64,000 bases of DNA, taken from positions 8,742,001 to 8,806,000 of the forward strand of contig OZ231126.1 of NCBI GenBank assembly GCA_965153355.1, given 5' to 3'. The notes beneath the pieces are model-generated. The model did not search any database, had not been told where the DNA came from, and worked only from the letters and a program-made list of their open reading frames with translations. This stretch comes from Flaccisagitta enflata. Lineage: Eukaryota. Shown piece by piece: positions 1 through 12,868 of this stretch (position 1 is the stretch's first letter; every line of letters begins with the position of its first letter). The translations under genes and the position numbers were made by a program.

Positions 1-175
1 ACTTTTCAGTCGCGCAGCGTGCTGCGGAACTGAAAGATCCACTTTTTTGTCCGTCGACCATATTTGTCAATTTTGCGCGTTATTCTCGTACCCGCTTCTA
101 CTTTTGTGCTTGACTGGCCTCCTTGGGTCATCATGTATCCAGCCTTATTAAACTTTTGCTTGGGTAAACAATAGT

Positions 176-642
176 AGACAATGACTATGGCATTAATAAT
201 GGCAATGACGATGGCGATGGCATCTACTGTGGTTATGGCAATGTTATGGCAATGCTATGGCAATGTTATAACTAATTGCTATGTTAATTGCAACAGCCAT
301 AGCAACAGCAATGGCAATGGCAATAATGACAATGACCAAGGCAATGACCATGATAATGACGATGAAAATGGCATTGACAAATATAATGCAATGACAATGA
401 GGATACACAAAGGCAACGACAATGACAAAGCCAATCCCCATGCTACTGACAATGAAAATGGCATTTACAAAGATAATGCAATGACAATGACGATACACAA
501 AGGCAACGACAATGGCAAAGGCAATGAGCATGCTAATGACGATGAAAATGGCATTGACAAAGATAATGCAATGACAATGACGATACACAATGGCAACGAC
601 AATGACAAGAACCACGGTAATGCCTAATGGTACTGACAATGA
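176..642 (+). repeat. Degenerate (caatga/caatgg)n repeat with ~90-bp higher-order period
   Basis: gatgaaaatggcatt recurs at 361, 451 and 541. Confidence 0.8.
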
Positions 643-989
643 GGGGGCGTTTCTAGTCACAGGCAATTGCGTTTTTAGTCGCGTGCACGCGACTCTACAA
701 CCCGCTTTGTCCGTCGGTCGGTCGTTTGGTCCGTCACGTTTTACTTTTTTCAAGATTTTACTTTTTTTACCCCACTGCTCCTGCCCAAATGCTCTAATGA
801 CCTCAAATATGGCCTCTGCCCATCCGTAGGGTGCCCACTCACTGCCTCGTGGGATAGTTGAATTCATGAATATGTGCTCATGCTGTAAACGCGTTTAATG
901 GGAACTAACGGGTTTTTGTCTTCACTAGAAACACGCCCTAAATGTGGCAATGGCAAAGCTTCGATTAAGTTGTGATGCGTAGGAGTCGG

Positions 990-1230
990 AACAAGGCCAA
1001 CACCTTACAGTCGCGTGCGGTTGTTAAGACTATTAGACCGAAAGCCTAAAAGACCAAAAGACTAAGAGACTAAATGTAAATTGACTTAAATTGATTTTGA
1101 ATAACTTTAAATGACTTTTAATGACTTAAAATGGTGTAAAAGGGCGAAAAAAAGCAAAGTGTTACCGACAGACTGACCGACCGACCGACGGACTGAATGG
1201 GTTGTAGAGTCGCGTGCACGCGACTAAAAA
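990..1230 (-). mobile_element. Short family A element
   Basis: Same termini (aacaaggccaacacc...gtcgcgtgcg and gtagagtcgcgtgcacgcgactaaaa). Other copies or fragments lie at about 673-830, 5375-5705, 32106-32470, 32690-32800, 34367-34503 and 41368-41562. Confidence 0.7.
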
Positions 1231-1261
1231 GAGGGTCTTTAAGAAAAATCCCTCGAAAGCT

Positions 1262-1478
1262 GGTCGAAATGTGGCCGTTATACGGGCTAAATCTGGCCGA
1301 AATGTAGCCGTTATACGCGCTAAATCTGGCCGAAATGTGGCCGTTATACGGGCTAAATCTGGCCGAAATGTGGCCGTTATACGCGCTAAATCTGGCCATA
1401 ATGTGGCCGTTATACGGGCTAAATCTGGCCGAAATGTGGCCGTTATACGCGCTAAATCTGGCCGAAATGTGGTCGTTA
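1262..1478 (+). repeat. 33-bp minisatellite (~6.5 copies)
   Basis: Unit aaatctggccgaaatgtggccgttatacg(g/c)gct, with the g/c variant alternating. Confidence 0.93.
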
Positions 1479-2701
1479 TCATACATGAGAAATCAGCGCA
1501 TGCGTAGAAGAGAAAAGTGTCTTTTAAATCACTTTGTACGCCACTCACCGGGCATGAGTGGGAGGAAATCCACCGGAGGTACATGACGAAGAGGAAGAGG
1601 AGGAGGAAGAGGAAGAAGAGGAGGAGGAGGAGGGAAGGAGAGAATCGTGCATGGAACTGGAAGCAACTGAACTCTGAAGATATTAACGAAAAGATGGGGT
1701 AGAAGTAGTTAAGCCGAAAAAAGAAATGATGACGATGACGATAATGATGATGACGATGACGATGACGATGGCTATGACGACGACGCTAAAAAAAAAACAG
1801 GAGGAACAGGTGAAACAGAAGAAAGTTATATTGATACTGATGAAATCGTGAATCAATCGTGCGATAAAAAAAATGCATTTTATTTTGTCATCATTATATG
1901 ATAATTGATATTATGTAATGAGAGTATGAAATCGATGTTTCAATTAGACGGAGGGACGGACGGACAAAGGCTCTTATAGAGCTGCGTGTCCGCAACTACT
2001 ATCTTGGAAAAAATAAAAGTCCAAGCTGGATAAAAAAATGATTTCATTTCAGATTGGATCAAATATTGATTTTTTTTGTAAGCCCAGTATTTAGAATAAC
2101 CCTTTTGGAGTTTAGAAACCGCTTGTATCGGTAAGGGCATGCCTTGGCAAGGCGTATCAGGCCATTTTATAGCAAAATGCCTCCACTCAATTATTTAAAG
2201 TTTCTGAAAATCAACTTTCCCACTCTTTTTGATGTAGAATAAAAAAAAAAAGAGCTATGGGTCTCTGCTTGGCGGCAATATATAGCCCTGATCAACAGCT
2301 TTTAAACCGTCACCAATTTTTTATCTAAATTTTGCATATCAAAGCAACAGCAAAACAAAACATCATGCATTTCTATTCTATTCAAGTTTTCTGTGCACTT
2401 CCTGAAATCAACATTTTCACATATTCTGATGTAAAATCTAAACGCATAACGCTATGAGTCTCAGCCTGGCACCATTGGCTTGTCCTGTTTAATAGCACCA
2501 TTTTGATCACCAATTTTTATATCAAATCATAGATATCAAAGCTTAAACACAACAAAACGTCCTGGACTTTTATATTTCCAAGAAAGTAAAAGATAATTGT
2601 AAATTTTAGATCATATTCGAGGTCAACACGATATCATTTTATGGCATTGCTCGGTTGTTCTTGTTGTTATGTAATAAGATATTGCGGTCACATCAACTAT
2701 A

Positions 2702-3024
2702 CAGGGGTGTATATAATTCCATAACCTTTGATTATTTCCCCCCCCCCCCAGCCTTTGATTTTCTTCCCCGCGTCGTGTTACCAAATCAATGTTTTTCTTC
2801 CCTATAAACCACTAAAACTGGGTGCTTAAAGTTTAAATTGTGTTAAATTGTGTTTAACTTATCATGTTTTATGATTTTTTACTGCCAAAAGTTATATTTT
2901 CCTCAAGTTTTCTTTTTTTTTCTCTCTCTCTTTTTTCCTCCTTCCTTGTCTTGCCTTTCTCCAAACCCTTTGATTATTCCCCCCCCCCACAGGGGGGGGA
3001 AATACGGAACAATATACAGGCCTG
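2702..3024. mobile_element. hAT-like MITE
   Basis: Imperfect 19-bp TIR caggggtgtatataattcc / ggaacaatatacaggcctg. Exact 8-bp TSD caactata at 2694-2701 and 3025-3032. Confidence 0.85.
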
Positions 3025-3319
3025 CAACTATATCCACTCCGTACTTTATGTTTGCTTTCTTCAAATATTGTTTTTTAGTCGCGCATCAGTGACTTGTGAG
3101 AGGACGTGTCCGTACGCTGTGCCGTTGGTCCATCTGTCTGTAACGCGTTTGAATTGAAAAGTGCATGACAGCTTAAAATTGTTACCCTGCCCGTCCGCGA
3201 TCTGTAGTGTACTCCCGAGAGGTACTTATTCTCTTGTTCATATGTTTGTTTTTTTCTCTCTTTGTTTATTCCTTTTCTTCGTTTCATCGTTCCTTCGCTT
3301 CATTCTCTCCCCCCTTTTC

Positions 3320-3521
3320 ATTTATTCTTTCTTCCTTCCTGCCTTCCTTCCTTCCTTCCTTCCTCCCTTTCTTTCTTCCTCTCTTTCTTTTTTTCTTTCT
3401 CTCTTAGTTACTTTTTCCCTTTCTGTCTTTTTTTCTTTCTTTTCTATCTTTCATCATTTTGCGTCGCAATGACACAACGCTTTTTCCTTTCTTTCTTTCA
3501 TTCTTTCTTTCCTTCTTTCCT

Positions 3522-3589
<68 letters not shown>

Positions 3590-3840
3590 TTCTATCTTTT
3601 TTTCTTTCTTTTCTATCTTTCTTCGTTTTGCGTCGCAATGACACAACGATTTTTCCTTTCTTTCTTTCATTCTTTTGTTCCTTCTTTCTTTCTTTTTTTC
3701 TTTCCCTCTTTCTTTCTTTCTTTCCTTCTTTCCTTCTCTCCTTCTTTCCTTCTTTCCTTCTTTCCTTCTTTCCTTCTTTCCCTCTTTCCTTCTTTCCTTC
3801 TTTCCTTCTTTCCTTCTTATGACTCGCAATGACGCAATGC
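3320..3840 (+). repeat. (TTTC/TTCC)n field punctuated by a repeated tgcgtcgcaatgacacaacg block
   Basis: Block seen at about 3460, 3629 and, in degenerate form, 3822. Confidence 0.8.
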
Positions 3841-3861
3841 TTTTCCATTAACCTTTTTTTA

Positions 3862-3862
3862 G

Positions 3863-3939
<77 letters not shown>

Positions 3940-4201
3940 GCCACTTGGGAGGAGTGGAGTTTCCCATACTTTCGTACAGTAAGGGGCGTTCTGCCTGCCA
4001 ACGCAGTTACGTAGATCCACCATTCAAGGCGCCCATGTCCGGATCCATTGTTGCCCTCCCTTCCTCCCTTCCAACCCTCCCCTCTAGCTAGCTGTTTTTA
4101 CTGGATTCACCAGGCAACCCCTCTAACTCCAAGAGCCCGATCGAACCCGTGACCCAGAGGGCCACGAGCACACACGCTACACGTGATCCGGCTCAGGGTG
4201 C
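3862..4201 (-). mobile_element. Probable SINE or LINE 3' end with (AAC)n tail
   Basis: GC-richer ~260-bp body ending on the minus strand in ...cccaagtggc(aac)n. B-box-like GGGTTCGATC near 4140-4149. Confidence 0.4.
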
Positions 4202-4509
4202 AGCTGTCGACATCTTCACATTGTTGATAAGATTTTATGAATGTTGATTTTTGATAATTTTTTCATCTATTTCAATTACTTTTTTGCATTTAGATTCTGA
4301 TGCGAGACCACGCAATTATCCCGAGCGATTATCATGGAAACCAGTGGCTGTCGCCAAACATGTGAATTGCATGTGACATGCTTAGTGGAAATACTTAATC
4401 AATATCAAAATATGTAAAAAAATATCAAATGAAAAATCAAAAATATCAAGAAATGTTTGTCTGTTAAAAGAGACAGAATGAAAACAAAAGCCTGTAACAC
4501 AGCATTTAA

Positions 4510-5215
4510 AACGCAACCCAAAACAAAGGAAAAACGGCATGTGAGACAAAACCCAATCACAAATCCTAATATAATTGAAATACGGCATGTGAAACAAATG
4601 CCAATATGAAGGAAAGACGGCATGTAAAATTAGAACCAATACAATGGAAAAACGGCATGTAAAACAAATTTTAGCATGAGGAAAAAAGGCGTGTGAAACA
4701 AATCCCAATATGAAGGAAAAACGGCATGTAAAACAAAACTCAATATGAGAGAAAGACAGTTTGTGAAACGAATCTCAATATGAAGGAAAGACGGCATATG
4801 AAACAAAACCTAATAAAAGGGAAGGACAGCAAAAAAGAAACAAATCCCATTTTTTGGAAGAAAAAAAATAAAAGCAGATGTAAGAAGGGTTTATTTTCTG
4901 CAAAACCCATGTAGGGAAAAAACAGCAAGTGAAACAAGACAAACATGAGGTAAAGACAGCAAGAGAAACCAGACCAACAGAAGAATAAGATAGCAAGAAT
5001 AAAACAAAACCGATATAGGGGAAAAATATCAAAAAAAAAAAAACAAAATAGGGGGAAAACAGCAAGTGAAACAACCTATTTAACAGAAGAAAAAACATCA
5101 GAAAAAGAGAAACAAAACAACATAAGGGAAAAACGGCAAAAATGAAACCAAATCTATATAGGGGAAAGATGGCAAAAATAAAACAAAACCAAAATAGGGG
5201 AAACACGGCAAGTAA
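4510..5215 (+). repeat. Degenerate ~40-bp minisatellite
   Basis: Recurrent gaaaaacggcatgt(g/a)aaacaaa. Confidence 0.75.
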
Positions 5216-5879
5216 AAAATAATCTATTCAGCGGAATAAAAAAATAAGAAAATTAAACACCAGGTGACGTTAAAGTGAATTGCTAAACGCAATTCACAAC
5301 ATGGCAGGATACACGGCAAGACAATCGCGGACGGTTGGGCAGGAGCAGTAATGCGAAAACCGCCCGGAATTCAACAAGGTCGGATACACGGCTACCCCAG
5401 TCGCGTTGCGGGTGTGCAGGGGCCCTATTTGAGGTCACTTGATCATTTGGGCAGTAGCTGTAAGGCCAAAGACCACAAAAACCAAAAAAAAAGTAAAGTG
5501 TGACGGACGGACGGTTGGACGGACGGACGGACGGACGGTTGGACGGACGGACGGACGGACGGACGGACGGACGGACGGACGGACGGACGGACGGACGGAC
5601 GGACGGACGGACGGACGGACGGACGGACGGACGGACGGACGGACGGACGGACGGACGGACCGACCGACAAAGCGGGGTGTAGAGTCGCGTAACAGGCGAC
5701 TAAAAAAGAACATATAAGGAAATACTAAAGATTTAAAAAAACATAGAAAAACGAACATATTAGGAAATTCGAAAGAGCACAAAAAACCGTCCAATTGAAC
5801 AATTGACAGACCAATAACTAGCCCAATTCGTAGGTGCAGGCAGGAAAAAAAAGGAACGGTGTTCTGACAATTTTACTGA

Positions 5880-6342
5880 TCAAGCAACCTGCTTAATCCA
5901 CATATAGGAATGGGATAATATTTGCCAATTTCCATACTCATGCTCCCAGATCGACTTTCCAGTTCGTTGGCAATTGAGACATGCGTTAAAACAGTTTTTA
6001 TACCACCACCCGCCACCGAATTCTACTGCACAATTCCTGGAATCCCTTTTATCATCCCAATCATTATTATCCCTATCAGTTGTCGTGAAGTTCATTTCGT
6101 TGTGATATTTAAAAGGATCATGACTTCCCATATTTTGTATCTTGACTCTTTTTCCAATGCCTAATTTGTAACAGTCGTCTTCGGATGCGATTGAGAACTT
6201 TTCCCACTCTCCGATGCCCCACGTTCCTGATCGAGGACTTGTCGTTCCATCGTAAAGTAAATCATATTTGACTTGCACCATGAGGTTCCAAGTTCCACTT
6301 TTAGTGAGAGTGTGAAGACGGTCCAGGCCGAACCAAAACTCG
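5880..6342 (-). CDS. Fibrinogen-related domain (FReD) protein, terminal exon
   Basis: Acceptor ttattattag|C at 6343/6342. Reads EFWFGLDRLHTLT...FSIASEDDCYKL...HNEMNFTTTDRDN...NCAVEFGGGWWYKNCFNACLN...MWIK*, which matches the FReD signatures EFWLGL, HNGMxFST.D.DND and GGWWY..C. Phase 2 fits the upstream exon. Confidence 0.93.
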
Positions 6343-7196
6343 CTAATAATAAAGGATATAGATTAGGGGAGCGACGTTGAATGATGCTACTAGGTCATAA
6401 TAGACAAATGTGTTTCTTTGGTGACCAAAACGATGGCTGTAATATCAGGATCATGTAGCGGTAAAAGAAAGCTCAATGGATCGCCTACGCCAAACCATTT
6501 TGTAGTTTAGATAATTATGAACATTGATGAATCAAAAATATAAAAAGGCGTTTTTTTTCTAATCGCAAACTAGCGACTATACACAGTCAGTGGACAAAAC
6601 AAAATAGGTAGAGTACTCATTCTGTTGGCTTTGATCCAACCTGCTGTATACAACAATTGGTTGTTAGAATTACAGCCGGCTGTTATGCTACATAATAAAA
6701 ACAAGGCGAACACCTATAAGTCGCGTGCGAGACTTACTTACATAATCGCCGAATTATATAAGTATGTTATTTCCTGTAATAACAAAAATGACTATAATTA
6801 CCTATTGACCTATAATTGCCTATAATGACCTATAATTACCTATGATTACCTATAATTACCCATAATCAAATAATGACCTGTAAGTACCTATAAAGACCTA
6901 TGATTACCTATAAGTACATATGGACCAATAATTACCTATGATGATGTATGATTACCCATAATTACCCACAATTACCTATAATAACATAATGACCTATAAT
7001 TACCTATAATCACCTATGATTACCTATAATTACCTATAATTACCCATAATTAAATAATGACCTATAAGTGCCTATAAAGACCTATGATTACCTACAATTA
7101 TATATGGACCAATAATTACCTATAATGACCTATGAATACCCATAATTACCCATAACTACCTTTGATAACATAATGACCTATAATTACCTATAATGA

Positions 7197-8621
7197 TCTT
7201 TTTATTCGTCACGAAGACAGTGCATACATCGCATACGTCAATACACTAAACTAAGTTTGAGATGATGTAGGAAATGGAGTTAACCGTCATCAAATGATAG
7301 AGAGTTAAGAAAGTCAAGAGTACTATTTCCGAGTAAGTGCATGAACTGATGAAATTTTCGTGCACGAGAACGAAAAATGTCTGTCAGAGATGGATAACCC
7401 AACTCCTGTCTAAGAAAGCGAACACTTTCCCATCTATTATGGCCAAAGATCTTTCGTATGCAATCATTTATGGCTACATTCATAGGTTGAAATTGAGCGT
7501 TCAAGTAATTCAAAACCTCACAGGCATACGTGAGATTCGGGACACATACAGCGTAAAGTAACTTCATGGAGACCAATTGTGATGTACAAATAGAGGCATT
7601 GAAAATGGTATTCGCAGAACATCTCAAATTTCGCAAAGGTCGTAGATTAGAAAAAGTCAAACCATCTCCCGATACAACAGTTACACCGAGATATTTGTAG
7701 TCATTAACAATATCTAGTTCCTTTCCATACATTGTCAACGGGAGACAAGTTCGAGTTTTTCCAAAAAGCAAAATATTTGATTTCTTTGGATTATAGGTAA
7801 TACACCACTTCTTCCCATACTCAACACATGCGTCAAGAAGCAATTGCAAAGAGGATCTGCACGGTGCCATGAGGCAAAAATCATCTGCATACACTAAGGC
7901 TGCAATAAACACATCTTTTATATAGCATCCAACTTTTAACTTCCGTAATTCACCAATGAGGTCGTCAACGTAAATAGCAAAAAGATGAGGGCTTAAAACA
8001 CCACCCTGGCGCACGCCAGATTTTACAACAAATGACCGACTTAGGCTGCTATTCCATTTTACAGTGCTACTCAGATTAGAATACCAGTAAATCAGAATAT
8101 TCAAAAAACAAAGGGGGATATTCCGTTGCATTAGTTTAATGAATATACCAGAGTGGTTTATCTTGTCAAAACCTTTACTACAATCAAGAAAAGCAGTAAA
8201 AACTGTGGAATTACGTTCGGTAAAGTAATCTATGCATGTACGAAGGGAAAAAACAGCATGAGCACAAGAATGTCTTTTTTTGTAGCCGAATTGTAAGGAG
8301 TCCGTAATTAGCAAGTGACCAATTTTTGACAGAATAGCATTTTCAAATAATTGCGACAAAACTACTCCAAGCGTTAACCCACGATAATTGTTGGGATCAG
8401 AATGATTTCCTTCAGTATCTTTTACTAATGGAGTGATAACACCATTCAAAAATTCAAGTGGAACGTAAGCATGTTGAATCATTGCGTTGAATAATAAATG
8501 AATATGAACAGCAAGTTTTGGGGAGCCAAATAGAATATGCTCAGCTTTTAGAAAAGTAGACGTAGCTTTTCCAGTTTTAAGTGTTGACATAACATTTACC
8601 ATTTCATGCCATGTAAGAAAA
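7197..8621 (-). mobile_element. 5'-truncated non-LTR retrotransposon (LINE), RT and 3' UTR
   Basis: ORF 7280-8602 has RT motifs NYRGL, QFGY, LDCSKGFD, GVRQGGVLSP, YADD, YKYLG. A short 3' UTR ends in AATAAAAAG near 7200 on the minus strand. Satellite sequence resumes on both sides. Confidence 0.92.
7280..8602 (-). CDS. Reverse transcriptase, partial LINE ORF2
   Basis: 440 aa open frame with non-LTR RT motifs. No endonuclease domain because of the 5' truncation. Confidence 0.85.
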   Translation of the reverse strand: MVNVMSTLKTGKATSTFLKAEHILFGSPKLAVHIHLLFNAMIQHAYVPLEFLNGVITPLVKDTEGNHSDPNNYRGLTLGVVLSQLFENAILSKIGHLLITDSLQFGYKKRHSCAHAVFSLRTCIDYFTERNSTVFTAFLDCSKGFDKINHSGIFIKLMQRNIPLCFLNILIYWYSNLSSTVKWNSSLSRSFVVKSGVRQGGVLSPHLFAIYVDDLIGELRKLKVGCYIKDVFIAALVYADDFCLMAPCRSSLQLLLDACVEYGKKWCITYNPKKSNILLFGKTRTCLPLTMYGKELDIVNDYKYLGVTVVSGDGLTFSNLRPLRNLRCSANTIFNASICTSQLVSMKLLYAVCVPNLTYACEVLNYLNAQFQPMNVAINDCIRKIFGHNRWESVRFLRQELGYPSLTDIFRSRARKFHQFMHLLGNSTLDFLNSLSFDDG

Positions 8622-10057
8622 TGACGTATAATTACCTTTAATGACCTATGATTACCTATAATTACCTATGATTAGCTATAAATACCTATAATTGTCTACT
8701 GACGTATAATTACCTTTAATGACCTATGATTACCTATAATTACCTATAATTACATAATGACCTAAAATTACCTTTAATGACCTTTGATTACCTATAATGA
8801 CCCATAATTTCATAATGACCTATTTTTACCTATTATTATCTATAATAACCTATAATTACCTATAATTACATAATGACCTATAATTACCAATAATGATCTA
8901 TAATAACCTATAATTACCTATAATTATCTATAATTACATAATGACCTATAATTACCAATAATGACCTATAATTGCATAGTGACCTATAATGACCTATGAT
9001 TACCTATAATCACCTATAATCACCTATAATTACTTAATGACCTATAATTACCTGTAATTTACCTATGATTACCTGTACTTTACCTATCATTACCTATAAT
9101 TACCTATAATTACCTATAATTACCTATGATCATATACTGACCTATAATTACCAATAATGACCTATAGTTACATAATAACCTATAATTACCTATAATGACC
9201 TATAATTACCTATGATTACATAATGACCTATAATTACCTACAATGACCTATGATAACCTATAAAGACCTATGATTACCTATAATTGCATAATGACCTATA
9301 ATGACCTATAATTACCTATGATTACCCAAAATTGCATAATGACCTACAATTACCTATAATCATGTAAATAAAAAGTGAAATGACTATATTGACTAAAATG
9401 ACTAAAATGACTGAGAATGACTTAGAATGACTAAAAACGACTTAAAATGACTTAAAATGATGTATAATGACTTATAATGACTTACAATGACTTATAATGA
9501 CTTAAAATGACTTAAAATGATGAAAAGGAGTATATTGAATAAAATGACAATAATGACTTAAAATGACTTGGAATAACTTAAAATGTCTTAAATTACTTGA
9601 AATGACTTAAAATCACTTGAAATGACTTAAAATAACTTAAAATGATTTAGAATGACTTAAAATGATGAAAATGACAATAATGACTTAGAATGACTTGAAA
9701 TGACTCAAAATAACTGAAAATGACTTAGAATGACTTAAAATGATGAAAATGACTATATAGACTAAAATGACTTAGAATGACTTAGAATGACTTAGAATGA
9801 CTTAGAATGACTTAGAATGACTTAGAATGACTTAGAATGACTTAAAATGACTTAAAATGACTTAGAATGACTAAAAATGACTTAAAGAAATAAAATTGAT
9901 AAAAAAAGAAAAGTGTGACGGACTAACTGACAGACCGACAGACCGACCGACGGACAAAGCGGGTTGTAGAGTCGCGTGCACGCGACTAAAAATACAACTT
10001 TCACCAAATAGAGTATAACTTGCAGATTCATTTTCCTGAGGAAATTCTGAGAAGTTT

Positions 10058-11397
10058 TTTTAGTCGCGTGCATGCGACTCTACAACCCGCTTTGTCCGTC
10101 GGTCGGTCGGTCGGTCGGTCTGTCGGTTGGTCGGTCGGTTGGTCACACTTTACTTTTTTTATCAATTTTATTTCTTTAAGTCATTTTTAGTCATTTTAAG
10201 TCATTCTAAGTCATTCTAAGTCATTCTAAGTCATTCTAAGTCATTTTAAGTCATTTTAAGTCATTTAAAGTAATTATTGTCATTTTAGTCAACATAGTCC
10301 TTTTCATCATTTTAAGTCATTCTAAGTTATTTTAAGTTATTTTAGGTCATTTTAAGTGATTTTAAGTCATTTTAAGGCATTTAAAGTCATCCCAAGTCAT
10401 TTTGAGTCATTATTGTCATTTTAGTCAATATAATCCTTTTCATCATCTTTAGTCATTTTAAGTCATTTTAAGTCATTTTGTGTCATTATAAGTCATTATA
10501 AGTCATTATACGTCATTTTAAGTCATTTCTAGTCATTTTAAGTCATTCTAAGTCATTCTCAGTCATTTTAGTCATTTCAGTCAATAGAGTCATTTCACTT
10601 TTTATTTACATAATTATAGGAAATTTTAGGTCATTATGCAATTTTTGGTAATCAAAGGTAATTATAGGTCATTATAGGTCATTATGCAATTGTAGGTAAT
10701 CATAGGTCATTATAGGTAATCATAGGTCATTATTCAATTATAGGTAATTATAGCTAATCATAGGTAATCATAGGTCGTTATAGGTCATTATGTTATTAAA
10801 GGTAGTTATGGGTAATTATGGGTAATCATAGGTCATTATTGGTAATAATTGGTCCATATGTAAATATAGGTAATCATAGGTCTTTATAGGTAATCATAGG
10901 TCATTATAGGTAATTATAGGACATTATGTTATTATAGCTAATTGTGGGTAATTATGGGTAATCATACGTCATTAAAGGTAATTATTGGTCCATATGTAAT
11001 TTTAGGTAATCATAGGTCTTTATAGGTACTTATAGGTCATTATTTGATTATGGGTAATTATAGGTAATTATAGGTAATTATAGGTAGTCATAGGTCATTA
11101 TAGGTTTTCATAGGACATTATGTTATTAGAGGTAATTGTGGGTAATTATGGGTAATCATATGTCATTAAAGGTAATTATTGGTCCATATGTAATCATAGG
11201 TAATCATAGGTCTTTATAGGAACTTATAGGTCATTATTTGACTATGGGTAATTAAAGGTAATTACAGGTAATTATAGGCAATTATAGGTCAACAGGTAAT
11301 TATAGTCATTATCGTCATTACAGGAAATAACGTACTTATATAATTTGGCGATTATGCAAGTAAGTCTCGCACGCGACTTATAGGTGTTGGCCTTGTT
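10058..11397 (+). mobile_element. Helentron/DINE-1-like element (family A), second copy, inverted relative to the first
   Basis: ttttAGTCGCGTGCATGCGACTctacaacccgc, (GGTC)n, (aagtcatttt)n, (ataggtaatt)n, GCACGCGACTtataggtgttggccttgtt. T-rich insertion site. Confidence 0.78.
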
Positions 11398-11507
11398 TTA
11401 ATTCGCGTGGTAATCTTAGCTTTTGCTTTAGCTGGATCCTTCAGTTCGTAACGCAGAACAGTTAACAAAATTGAACAATTGAATTGATAGGAAGAAAATA
11501 ATTTCAC

Positions 11508-11637
11508 CTTTCGCCGCTCGAAAAGCCCTCTCTGTAGTCTTGCCAGACTTTATCCTTGAAGGCCGTTGCATCGGTGAAGTCATGACGTTGAATGAGAATC
11601 TCTATACTTCTACGAGCTTGAAACGACATCAGCTGGG
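11508..11637 (-). CDS. FReD protein, internal exon
   Basis: Acceptor tttttttttag|CC and donor GAAAG|gtgaaa. 130 nt reading QLMSFQARRSIEILIQRHDFTDATAFKDKVWQDYREGFSSGE, the FReD IQR...W.DY..GF motif. Phases match both neighbouring exons (G|CC and AG|C). Confidence 0.9.
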
Positions 11638-12734
11638 CTAAAAAAAAAGGTCTGATTCAAAATGTGTTCTCTTTCTTTTCAATTGTATGATTGGTAGAAC
11701 AATATCCCTCACTTTACTCAAACTGAATTTAATGAAAGAGAGCCTTGTGAACCCTCACTGACTAGTTAATACGCGCACCACTCCTAGTTTTCCATAAAAC
11801 AGAATCTGAAAAACATCCTTTCTTACTACCTTGGAAAAAATTATATCTACATTTGTGTCATTATGTGATTCATTGACCTTATATTTGTCAAAAGTTTATA
11901 TTAAAACTGTCAGTAAGTCATATGACCTTTTTTTTTATTAGAATTTTTTTGCAAAAGCATTCAGAACCATTTTCTAAAGCTATTATACATACTTATAGAT
12001 AATCATATCTAATCATTTATGAGCAAATTTGAGATTTGGGGAAGGTCTATAGTTTTGTCTGTCATTTTCAAACGGTCTAAACCACTGGAACAGGGACAAG
12101 TTCATCTTTCAGATTTTTTGATACAGATGATTTCCTTTTTTTAAAAATCTTTCTAGCTACTCTAGAAGCCGAGATATCTTGATATGGAGGTATCTCTAAA
12201 TTTTTGCAACTGCTTTTCTCCATATTATCAAAATGAATGTGTTTACATTTTTGCTTGTAGTTTCTAAACAATTTAAGATACAAAAACCAGAATAGACCCA
12301 TTTTTTATAATCTTTAATTTTTTTTCTCTATAAATCTATGTAGCATTTCTAGAATCTGAGATATCCAGAAGGTGTAGATATACTTTTTTCCTAGATAGTA
12401 TCTACCCAAAAAGCAAACTGCTCACCATAAGTAGTTAAGGGCAAATGATTCAACAAATCACCCGAGGGTAACATTGTTAAGAAACCATACCCTTGGAGGA
12501 TAGAATCGAGGTCAAGCTTAATGCAACCGCCGGACATTCTAATCCAAAGAACTGAGTAGTATCTTATCTTATTTCGAGGATTAAAATTCAACATTGCAAT
12601 CGCAATAAGGATCTAACAACGCATTAGGATCGACAACCATTTCTTTTACTCAAAATCAACTGGTCAGCAAAGTATTGATTTACGTATCATTTTCTGGTAA
12701 GATATATGAAGAGTCAAAGAATATCTTCTGTCCC

Positions 12735-12868
<134 letters not shown>

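Larger units (their letters stand above)
6699..9990 (-). mobile_element. Helentron/DINE-1-like non-autonomous element (family A) with central 10-bp satellites, interrupted by a LINE
   Basis: Palindrome AGTCGCGTGCACGCGACT plus a (GACC/GACA)n tract at one end. A subterminal copy AGTCGCGTGC and aacaaggc at the other end. Internal arrays of ~ataattacct and ~aaaatgactt. Confidence 0.75.

Noticed and set aside
181-867. Asn/Asp-rich and hydrophobic ORFs
   Set aside because: They arise from a degenerate hexamer repeat and run into transposon sequence. No splice or domain support.
1118-1586. ORFs with 11-aa repeats; possible CRISPR-like array
   Set aside because: Head-to-tail 33-bp minisatellite with no spacers, no cas genes, and a eukaryotic context.
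6699-11397. A single autonomous Foldback transposon encoding an RT
   Set aside because: The arms are two copies of a dispersed family, the spacer belongs to an older MITE, and the RT is a separate truncated LINE.
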